From positions 78,864,001-78,928,000 of the forward strand of contig NC_086379.1 of assembly GCF_036588685.1 (NCBI RefSeq): a stretch of 64,000 nt of DNA. Reading direction: 5' to 3'. This document shows, piece after piece, positions 12,421 through 25,000 of this stretch. The DNA is from Mytilus trossulus. Lineage: Eukaryota. Positions within the stretch are counted from its first letter, which is position 1; every line of letters begins with the position of its first letter. Both the position numbers and the translations under genes were made by a program. The notes under the pieces were generated by a model. The model saw only the letters and a list, made by a program, of their open reading frames with translations. It did not search any database and was not told where the DNA came from.

Positions 12421-12966
12421 AATGGTGAATCTTTGTCGTAAACTTCTACAACCTAACAATTAACAACCTTTCATTATTGAAAAAACCTTAAGAACAAAAT
12501 CTTTCCAGTTTTGTGGATACTTCTAGCTTAATTTTACAATGTCTGATAATACTTCCTAATTTTTCAATTTGTACTTTCTGTAAAACATCCAGCATCCGCA
12601 TTGTAAACAACCTATGTAATTACAATTATTGTCAAAATTTTACAACTGACAACTTAATTTTGTAAATATTTTCTAAACATACGACATATAAAGAAACTTG
12701 TATGTCTAAGGTGGATCAAATGTGAGAAAAAAATTATCTAACATTTTCTTGATGAAATATTGCGTGTAAAACTTTTATGGTTCATCTTATGGTAGATAAA
12801 TGATTGGCAGTATATTGTTCCTCTCTCCATTACATATTGGAAGGTTTATCTAATGGTCTTGATACAAAAATAATTCAAAGGAAGACAAAAAAAATTTGGC
12901 ATGAAATCGGCATGAAGATTTTTCAACAAAGTTCCACTTTTATAGTCTATTTTGCTGAATATCTCT

Positions 12967-13082
12967 TCAGGATTTAGGAGATCTTGTTAATTTCTTCAAA
13001 TCTTTGCTTTTCCCTAGACTTCCAACTGGGCGACCATCAAATACATATGGAATAGAGGGACTACTTTTTGATCTTTTTAAGT
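12967..13082 (-). CDS. MPRIP: MPRIP/osp last coding exon
   Basis: [17 protein letters not shown]...TRSPKS*; tttcag acceptor. Confidence 0.88.
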
Positions 13083-16000
13083 CTGAAATGGAAGAAATAG
13101 TTATGAGTTTGACATGGCAAAAAGATAAAATTGGAAGAAATAGTTATGAGTTTGACATGGCAAAAAGATAAATATCCAAGAAATACAAACAAATTAGAAG
13201 TTATTGTTAGAGAGGAATATTGAGAAAACTTTTTACCCTTTAATGTTAACTTGAAACATAACAATAAAAAGTATATAGCTTTTAAAAATATCTACAGATG
13301 TAATGGAAATCTGTCAGAGTTGCTCCATCTTTTAAGAGTGTTTCTATTTTTTGTTTATTTAATTTTGCCATGGTTTAATTGTACATGCATCTAAAAAATA
13401 AATATGACTTATACATACACTACTTTGATAACTTCTTAAGGAATTTCTATCTTAATAGTTTTGTTTTCCACTAGAAAACTTGTGAAATAATTGAATGATG
13501 TAGATTTTAAAGTGTGAAGAGGTTTTTTTTTTTTTTATCTAACATTGCTTAAACTTTTAAAGCTAGAATGTAAGACATAAAACATGGAACACATATCAAT
13601 TTTGAAAATGGATATAAATATATGACGGGGGCAATACCAAGGCTTCCAAAACGGTCATATATGCCGGTCATTTGTATAATGTCCGGTAAAAGACCGGCTG
13701 GGCAAAGCATGAAACGGTCATATACTTTTTAGTTTCAAAGGCTTTTTCGGTCATTTTAACATATAAATTCACGATCTTTTTGACCCAACATTTTGCCTTT
13801 AACAGCTATACATTTCCGGTCATAAAAGTGACATGATGATTAATTACTATCAAAACAACCCCTACTTAAATACTTTCTAATTTTAATCAAGGCTGATTAG
13901 TTGTTGGACAGCTGAAAACTACCTGTTCAGGTGGCAGGTAAACTATTTTCAGTACCGGACATCGTATAAATTAATCGGTCCATTCACAATTATTTTCGTA
14001 CATTTCAGCAGCTTGTATCTAATTCATTTAAAATATATAATAAATACATTTATAAACATGATTTGATAAATCATTTAAAAAGGTTTTAAATGAAAAATCG
14101 TCAGCACTACGTTGTATGAACAAGAACACGTGTGCGCATGTGCACAGGTGGGAAATTCAATTATGCATCATACATTTCTTCAAAAATTCTAAAAGTATCA
14201 TTGATACCTGTATCTAACGTTCATTTCAAGTATTTTGTTGAAGAAATAACGTAGAAAGAGATTCTTCGCTTAGTAGTTCTATGTTAACGTACACGGATTT
14301 TACGTATCTGTTTATGGTCCATGTTTTACCATTGTCAAGTCAACATCCGGTTTTGAAAAATGTGACTTTAAAAACGAAAGTAAAGTTCTAGACAACTTCA
14401 TTTTGCACAAATAAAGAGTCTAATGCAGATATGAGCACGCTGATGTGCACACTTTGAATGATGCAATGCCAATTTTAACAGTTTATGTCAGAACATCAAA
14501 TTCATATCAAAGTAAAGTTTAACATCGATTTTAATTTGATGTCAATCATTGGGATGGCCATCTGATTACCATAATTGTCTTTTGTGACTTTTGTCTTAGG
14601 AATTAAAATTCGGATCAGATATAAAATGTCCGGCTGGCTCAGAAAAATTTTGGAAGCCCTGGGCAATACCTTTCATGTTAACCTGTTTTGGCCCTTTTCA
14701 AGGTGTTGTTAACTGTTATTTGAGACAAATTAAAGCTGTTAACTGTTTTCAACCCACTTTGTTAACTGTTATCAGCATTTTTTCATTTTTGTTAACTGTT
14801 TTTGCCAAAATCGATGTGTTGTTAACAGGTTAAAAGACCCCCTATTGCCCCTCCTCATATACGATGTGTTGTTAACATGTTAACAGACCCCCTATTGCCC
14901 CTCCTCACATAAGATTTGGTAAAATATTTACCTCTTGCATCAATATGTCTCCTTCTATGTGAATCTCTGCTGTGATGTTCAGCAGCATCCTTCTTATTGG
15001 GAGATGTTGTAGGCTGAGGACTTGGACTTCTAGCACGATGGTGAAACGATGGAGCTGGAAAATAAACAAATACTATATTACAGCATGCATCAAAGACTCG
15101 TACTGTGTGTGCAAAATATTCTTCATCAATTTGAAGATTTAAGTCACTTAAGTTAGTACCAAACACTCTCACTAAAATTAATTTGGCTCGTTCAATTTTC
15201 ATAAAATTTTGACAAAGTATTTACTTTGACCCTTTAACAAAAAATTTTGAACCAATCATTTTTATCAGAAAAATTACACTGGTTATAAAGCAGTTTGACA
15301 AACACCGATTTTGACAACACAAGGTAATTGAAATGTTAACCTGAATTTACAGAGTTATCTCCCTGCAGTGTTAGGCACCACCTTAAGTTTTTAATTCTCT
15401 ACGTTCATTCAAATAATTCCAATAATGTGTTTTTCTTGCAGCAGATTAAGACCATTGGTTGAGAATGTCTGATGTCTTCAAATTCATGGTGTTATACCTT
15501 TCAAATTACTTAAAATTTGATTTGAATTATTGGTAAAAACTCCTTTATATCAAAGTGACCCGTTTCTATCTGATACAACTATTCCTAAGAATAATAACAT
15601 ACCTCTACGCAGGGATCTAGATGATTTGGCTTCCTCTGCACGTTTCTCTTCTAATATTTCTTTTAACTGTTTCTGGGACTCCTGGTATTTCTTGTTCAGT
15701 TGGAAATATTGTGTCATGCTTACACGTTGTTCCTATAAATGAAAAATATGGATGCTTTATAACAATTGCTTGTACTTAATTTTATAAAAGCCTGCACAGA
15801 GTTAAATAACAATCCTCAAAATCAAGTTTGTCCTATGTATACTTCAAATAAGAAATAGCCTATTTAATACTTTGAAGGTATCATTTAACAGAAAGATCAC
15901 AAGTTAACCTCAACATATACTTTATACATAAAAAGTATCTTTTAGACAGGGTACAATGTGTAGTTTTTATAGTATGAAGAAATATTGAAATAAGCATGGC

Positions 16001-19000
16001 AACATATTTTTTTACTCTTTGGTTGCATTTTTGACTATGTGACACATTCCCTATTTCCACTAAATATCTTATTAAATTAATAAAAACTTTCAAAGTCAAT
16101 AGAACATGACCAAGAGGCTGGGGCCATAAAATCTGCACTGAAAAGAGATGTGCCAATGTTAATATAGCTGCATACCAAATATCATTGACTAAATATTTGC
16201 ATGCCCCATTAAACTGAATTTAACCTGTAATAGTGCAAACCTGCATCACATTCTTTGCCATGTTTGGGTGAAAAAATAACTGAAAACGTCAAATTGAGTA
16301 TCACACCCTCCAAAATGATGCAACATTTTAAATCACCCGTTTAAAAAATAAAAATTACTAACCTCAGAACTTCTATCCAAACTGTTCTGTAAATTCTTCG
16401 TTTGTGACCTGAGTTTCTGTAATTCAGCATCCTTCACTCTTACCATAATCTAGAATTTCATAAAAAAATTGTTAAAAACTCATCATTTAGAAAGAAAAGG
16501 GAGATAATTCATAAAATCACAAATTTAATCTCTTACTGTTTGTTTTTTTGTCAACACTGTCAAGCAAGCTAGAAAGATTTTTCTACTCTTGTGATTTTTT
16601 TTTTATGAACTATTGAAAGATTTTTTCAAACACATTTTCCTATTTAATATCTACAATAACATCTCTCACTACTGAGACATTTTTCATTAATACATCTGCA
16701 TAAACTATCTCTCATTTATTACATTCATAAAGCTTTCATTTATTACATTCCTTACACTCATCAAAACTCATTTCAGTACATTTAACTATAAATTAACACA
16801 ATCCTTCTACTTTAGTACGGTCACTTTTAATCAGATATTTGATCTTAAATTTTTCTTTAAAAGCAGATCCAAGAACCAAAATATTTTTCAAAAGGTTTGA
16901 TATTTAATTTATATACCTTTTCCATAGAAACAAATTTTTTAGCCAATACTGGTGTTGACAATATCATTTTAGAAGGATTACAGTAAATAATAATAAGCAT
17001 TGTGTATAAGATGGTTAAGGCAAACTTAAGTTAGAGAAAATAAACCAATTCTGGGACGTACTGAAGTACAGACAAACAAGGTTAAAATTTAATTCCCCCT
17101 TGGCTACGGCAGGGACATAAAAATATTTTCATATCATGTGACTTTCTGTACCTGAGCATCATAAAGTTCTTCTTCTATGGTACCATTTCCTGGAACAGAG
17201 GCCATAGTTCTGTTTTGTATGAAGTCCTTTAACTTTCCTATCTCCTCATTCACAAGGTCTTGTAATTGTTGATTACTGAAAATAAAATTTATAATTGAGA
17301 TAAGGCTAAAATACCTTTTACTGTAATACAAAATGAAAAATCAAAACAACTATTTTCAGAATATTTTGTTATAATACCACAATCTTCATGTGAACTTGCA
17401 TTTCAATTTCTAAAAAGTAAGGAAAGCTATGTACATTTTTACAGTGTTATTTTAGTCTTACAGGTTCAAGAAGAAAAGATCAAACACGATATTGAGAACT
17501 TTAAAACATTATGTTTAAAGCTATCAAACACAATATCTAGAACTTTTAAAACAAGTTATCTAGAACTTTCATACATGATATCTAGAACTTTCATACATGA
17601 TATCTAGAACTTTCATACATGATATCTGGAACTTTCATACATGATATCTAGAACTTTCATACATGATATCTAGAACTTTCATACATGATATCTGGAACTT
17701 TCAATCATGATATCTAGAACTTTCATACATGATATCTGGAACTTTCATACATGATATCTAGAACTTTCAATCTTGATATCTAGAACTTTCATACATGATA
17801 TCTGGAACTTTCATACATGATATCTAGAACTTTCATACATGATATCTGGAACTTTCAATCATGATATCTAGAACTTTCATACATGATATCTAGAACTTTC
17901 ATACATGATATCTAGAACTTTCATACATGATATCTAGAACTTTCATACATGATATCTGGAACTTTCAATCATGATATCTAGAACTTTCATACATGATATC
18001 TGGAACTTTCAATCATGATATCTAGAACTTTCATACATGATATCTGGAACTTTCATACATGATATCTAGAACTTTCATACATGATATCTAGAACTTTCAT
18101 ACATGATATCTAGAACTTTCATACATGATATCTGGAACTTTCAATCATGATATCTAGAACTTTCATACATGATATCTGGAACTTTCAAATATGATATCTA
18201 GAACTTCAAAACACGATATCTAGCTCTTAAAACCATGATATCTAGAACTTTCATACATGATATCTAGAACTTTCAAACATGATATCAAGAACTTTAAAGC
18301 ATGATATATAAAGCTAACAAACATGAAATCTAGAATTCTCACAAATGATTTCTAGCAGTTTCAAGCATGATATTAAGACCTTTCAAACACGATATTTAGA
18401 CCTTTCAAACGTGATATTAAGACCTTTCAAACACAAAACATTGATGTTTAACATTACCTGGTTGTAAGATGTTTAATGTGAGTTTCATAAGCTGATTTTG
18501 TATTGTCACTCTTAGATTCTAGAACTTTGTAATCTTCACATTTTGAATCGTAATGCATTCTTAACTGCTTCAATTCTTCTGTTGTTTTACTCATTTCAGT
18601 CCTAAAATAAATATAAACATAACATTCAAGAACAGCAATGGAATATATATTGTAAGGTTTAAATGATAAATTGGATTAATTGATTGGTGTTTTACGCCAC
18701 TTTCAGCACTATTGTGCATATTTGTGACTGTCAATTTTTATTGGTGGAGTTAGCCAGGTTGCCCATAGAGATCATTGACCTTGGGTAGGAAAACTGACAA
18801 TATAATCAATTAAGGTTGAAGATAAGCACACCTGCCACATGCAGGATTCAACTTACAACCACAGTGTTAACAGTAGTTAGACTACTTAGACCACTCGTTC
18901 AAGTTACATTAATATTCATTAACAGCTAAGAGTAAAGAGCTGATCAGGGAGTCCATCTTTTTAAAATTTTTGCAATAATCGTTAACACAACTTGACAACA

Positions 19001-22000
19001 TTTTCATAATACTGTAAAGCAACATGTTTCAAATTTGAAAAATTGCACTATCCCAAGTCAGAAGTCTGTTATTCAGTGGTTTTCGTTAGTTGCTGTTTAT
19101 TATAAACTGATTAAGGTTAGGTTATTGTTTATTGTATTGTTGAAACTGTATAGTAGCCTATAGTTGTAATATAGGTTTTTATGCCCCACCTACGATAGTA
19201 GAGGGGCATTATGTTTTCTGGTCTGTGCCTCCATTCGTCCGTCCATCTGTGCGTCCGTCTGCCTGTCCCGCTTCAGGTTAAAGTTTTTGGTCAAGGTAGT
19301 TTTTGATGAAGTTGAAGTCCAATCAACTTGAAACTTGGTATACATGTGCCCTATGATATGATCTTTGTAATTTAAATGCCAAATTAGAGTTTTGACCCCA
19401 ATTTTACGGTTCACTGAACATAGAAAATGATAGTGCAAATTTCAGGTTAAAGTTTTTGGTCAAGGTAGTTTTTGATAAAGTAGAAGTCCAATCAACTTGA
19501 AACTTAGTGTACATGGTCCCTTTGATAACATCATTCTAATTTTAATGCCAAATTAGAGAATTTATTCCAATTTCACGGTCCACTAAACATAGAAAATGAT
19601 AGTGCGAGTGGGGCATCCATGTACTGTGGACACATTCTTGGTTTTTTCTAATTTGTACTACTGAAACACAAATTTATTATATTTTGACAAATCACTCATG
19701 TCACATGAAAGGAAAGAAAATATACTCATGACGTCTCCTTATTTCTTCCACAAAATCATCAGTAAACATAGATTTCAGAGCATCTCTGTACTTTTGCTTT
19801 TCTTCTTCTAAATCCTCTTCATATGCCTTTCTCATGGCATCCAAAGCTAAGGTAAATAACAAATAATGTCTTATTTAACAAAATTATTTTATAAAATCAT
19901 ATGATTTTGGGAATTACAAATTTCCCATGCCTACTCCCAAAACTGGTAAAAATTTCACTTTAAGAAATGGAAACAAATATAATTTTAGCTATAACTATGT
20001 ATTTAACAAACAATTATTACCAAAACTTATCTGTAAACAGAGTAATAGAATTGCACATAAACATCAAAGTTTGGAAAAGAAATGCAGCGTACAAAATTTT
20101 AGAGAATTATGAATTTTTAACTGAAAGCATGAAAATTAGCAATAGGGCTTACATCATGCAAAATATTTATTCATATATAATTTAAAATATTTTTTTTATT
20201 GTTTTCTAAGGAAAATCAAAGCACTCAGATATGCACATGTTTTTATAAAAAGATTTTCATTTCTAAATATAGTTTGTTTTTTTTACGCCTGTCCCAAGTC
20301 AGGAGCCTCTGGCCTTTGTTAGTCTTGTATTTTTTTTATATTAGTTTCTTGTGTACAATTTGGAAATTAGTATGGCCTTCATTATCACTGAACTAGTATA
20401 TATTTGTTTAGGGGCCAGCTGAAGGACGCCTCCGGGTGCAGGAATTTCTCGCTACATTGAAGACCTGTTGGTGACCTTCTGCTGTTGTTTTTTATTTGGT
20501 CGGATTGTTGTCTCTTTGACACATTCCCCATTTCCATTCTCAATTTTATTATTGCTATATAAGAAATTTTCCTTTGATCTTATTGACTGATAATTTCTAT
20601 TCTCAGCACAGTAGAGCGATATGAAAATGTTTCACTAGAAACTGAGGGTGCATGTGCCATGGTCAAAGAAATAAACCACATCATCATAGGTAAAATAGTG
20701 ATTAACAAATTATCATTGGTCATCACAACTCAATTGCTTTTCTCACTTTCCCATTATGGCAATATGTTCTAAAGACTTACCAGCTTTTGTCGTCTTGATT
20801 TCCTCTGCCAGGGCATCATCTTTTTGTTTCTTGAGAAGTTCCAGTTCATGTTCATGGTGAGATATATCCAGACCTGGGGTACCAGGAGGCTGTAATTAAA
20901 CCAATACTTGATATAAATGTAAGATTTAATAAGTTTAGAATTTGTTTTTATATTTCCTGTTCTGTTTATGAAAAGTTTATCATTCTACATTTATTCATTT
21001 AAAATTTTAAAACATGTGCATGTTTTGTCTTTGTTAAATCCTTTCTAACTTTTTGTCTTTGTTAAATCCTTTCTAACTCAGGAAATTTATGAAAAACTGT
21101 TTTTGAATGAAATGAGTCCTTAAATGATGAAGCATCATATAAAGTCTTAACTTGCAACAAAAAGGTATCCATCTGTCACATAACATGCCAATCAGAATGA
21201 ACAGAAGCTTGGGGAAATTTATTTCCAATTACAAACTAGAGGCTCTAAAGAGCCTGTGTCGCTCACCTTGGTCTATGTGCATATTAAGCAAAGGACACAA
21301 ATGGATTCATGACAAAATTGTATTTTGGTGATGGTGATGTGTTTGAAGTTCTTACTTTACTGAACGATTTTGCTTCTTACAATTATATCTATCATGAACT
21401 TTGCCCATTAGTAACAGAGAACTATATTTGGTAAAAATTTACATAAATTTACCAAATTAATGAAAATTGTTAAAAATTGACTATAAAGGGCAATAACTCC
21501 TTAAGGGGTCAATTGACCATTTAGGTCATGTTGACTTATTTGTAGATCTTACTTTGCTGAACATTATTGCTGTTTACAGTTTATCGCTATCTATAATAGT
21601 ATTCAAGATAACCAAAAACGGCAAAATTTCTTTAAAAATTACCAATTGGAGGGCAGCAACCCAACAACCAGTTGTCCAATTCATCTGAAAAATTCAGGGC
21701 AGATAGATATTGACTTGATTAACAATTTAACTTCTTGTCAGATTTGCTCTAGATGCTTTGGTTTCATAGTTATAAGCAAAAAACTGCATTTTACCCCTAT
21801 GTTCTATTTTTAGCCGTGGCGGCCATCTTGGTTGAATGGCCAGGTCATCGGACACATTTTTCAAACTAGATAACCCAAAGATGATTGTGGCCTAGTAGTT
21901 TCAGTGGAGATTTTGTAAAAGATTACTTAGATTTATGAAAAATGGTTAAAGATTGACTATAAAGGGCAATAACTCCTAAAGGGGTCAACTGACCATTTTG

Positions 22001-25000
22001 GTCATGTTGACTTATTTGTAGATCTTACTTTGCTGAACATTATTGCTGTTTACAATTTATCTCTATCTATAATAATATTCAAGATAATAACCAAAAACAG
22101 CAAAATTTCCTCAAAATTACCAATTCAGGGGCAGCAACACAACAACCGATTGACCGATTCATCTGAAAATTTCAGGGCAGATAGTTCTTGACCTGATAAA
22201 CATTTTTATCCCAATCAGATTTCCTCAAAATGCTTTGGTTTTTGAGTTATAAGCCAAAAACTGCATTTTACCCCTATGTTCTATTTTTAGCGGTGGCGGC
22301 CATCTTGGTTGGTTGACCAGGTCACGCCACACATTTTTTAAACTAGATACCCCAAAGATGATTGTGGCCAAGTTTGGATTAATTTGGCCAAGTAGTTTCA
22401 GAGGAGAAGATTTTTGTAAAAGATTACTTTAATTAACGAAAAATGGTTAAAAATTGACTATAAAGGGCAATAACTCCTAAACGGGTCAACTGACCATTTT
22501 GGTCATGTTGACTTATTTGTAGATCTTACTTTGCTGAACATTATTGCTGTTTACAGTTTATCTCTAACTATAATAATATTGAAGATAATAACCAAAAACA
22601 GCAAAATTTCTTCAAAATTACCAATTCAGGGGCAGCAACCCAACAACCGATTGACCGATTCATCTGAAAATTTCAGGGCAGATAGATCTTGACCTGATAA
22701 ACATTTTTACCCCCATGTCAGATTTGCTCTAAATGCTTTGGTTTTGAGTTATAAGCCAAAAAATGCATTTTACCCCTATGTTCTGTTTTTAGCCGTGGCG
22801 GCCATCTTGGTTGGTTGACCGGGTCACGCCACACATTTTTTAAACTAGATACCCCAATGGTGATTGTGGCCAAGTTTGGTTTGATTTGGCCAAGTAGTTT
22901 CAGAGGAGAAGATTTTTGTAAAAGTTAACGACAACGGACGACGACGGACGACGGACGCCAAGTGATGAGAAAAGCTCACTTGGCCCTTCGGGCCAGGTGA
23001 GCTAAAAAAGAAGCTGAAATGTTTGAGATTCCAAAATCTGAAGAAATTAAGGAACCATTTGAACATGTTTTTGTGAACTAGCAAAACAAAACTAACCCAA
23101 TCACCCAAAATACATAATTATGGGAAAAATATATATCATACATTAATAATTTTCCCTTTACCTCTAAGTTAGATGCTGAGATGGATATTCTTCTATCTGG
23201 GTAAACATCTCCATCCTTAGCAACAGGGGACATAACTGCAGCTGGATCATCTGTTGGATCCTATAATAAAAGATGAGATGAGTATTATTATTTGATAGTG
23301 TTATGTTCAGAAGGAACAGAGGCAATGTGATATAAATCATTTCATGAAATACACCTATTTTTTTCCTCCTTTGAAATAGAATATAAGCCAGAACTCAATA
23401 GACAGAATTAATCATGAATCATTTTAAGATAATTTCAAACGAATACTTATAATTGTATTATTTTATATATTTTTTCCTTTCTTGTAATTCAAATGCATAA
23501 TTTCTTCTGTGTGACCATGTGCATTGTTTGGCTGAACAGGATGTGCAAATATGCAGACGAAATGGTGACATTGAGTTCAATGCCTTATGTAGGCAGAGTG
23601 TCATGCCCCCCTGTTTTCAGATAACTCTCTAAAGAGCGTAGGTGGTATGTAAGAAATATCTGTCCCTATCCAACAATGTCACATTTTCTAGTAACAGTTT
23701 CAACCCTTCATCTCAAAACTTGCAGACAAGTATTTTTGTTATGTTCATATCTTGAATATACATGAAATATTTGCCACTGAATGTAAAACAAACAACATTA
23801 TATAAATTGCCTTCCAGCATAATTACCTTTTTCTCATTTTTTCAATTGTTGCAAATATCATCAAATATGCTTTTTTTCTTAACTGTATGCTCTGTTGAAT
23901 ATGGTTCAGAAAATAAATATTTGAAAAAAAAATATAGACAAATTTAAGCCTACCTCAATAGTGAGGAAGACTGCTTTGAGTTCCTCTATTTGTTCTTTCA
24001 GTTTCTTTACCAAATCATTGTTGACACCTCCTAGTGACGACTGTATGTCTTCTAAAAGTATCTGAAATATCAATTCATCATTGGTTAATTATCTATGCAG
24101 TTTAGCTTACTGTCCAATGTTATCATTGGTAATGATTCAATCATTCTTTACAATAAAAATATCTACCTTTTATTTTTTCTTTATTGTGTTAATTTTGTTT
24201 CTTTATATTTTTCATTGAACCATTCTGTTGTTTTGAAAATGTGTATTGAGTCATTCTGCTATGTTCATGTTCATGAAGTCACCATATCACTGTATCACTG
24301 TAGTTTTTATGTTTGCATTGAATCATTGTGTTGTTTATAAATATATTTGTTTTGTATCATTGTAAAAATGAAATGATTTATATGTACAGAAATAGCACAT
24401 CTATGCTGTAAAGTCTTAGGTTTTACAGAAATAGCACATCTATGCTGTAAAGTCTTAGGTTTTATGTCATCTTATAAAGAATTAACTTACCAAAATCAAT
24501 TATTAAAAACTTTTTTATGTTTTGTTGTATATTACAGTAAAAACTTACCAACACAGCATGTTCATGTTGTGACAATATATGCTTTATGCCATTTTATATG
24601 TTTTATGTCATGTTAAAAAGTATTATCATATCAAAATCAGATATTTATATTTTAACATTCTAATCTATGTTTTTTTTTATAACATGTATAAAGTAATAAC
24701 TTACCAAAACAGAATGTTTATGTTGTAACATTTTATGCTTTATGTTATGTTATAAAGTATCAACTTACCAGCACAGCATGTTTATGTTGTAACATTTTAT
24801 GCTTTATGTTATGTTATAAAGTATTAACTTACCAGCAGAGCATGTTTATGTTGTAACATTTTATGCTTTATGTTATGTTATAAAGTATCAACTTACCAGC
24901 ACAGCATGTTTATGTTGTAACATTTTATGCTTTATGTTATGTGATAAAGTATCAACTTACCAGCACAGCATGCTTATGTTGTAACATTTTATGCTTTATG

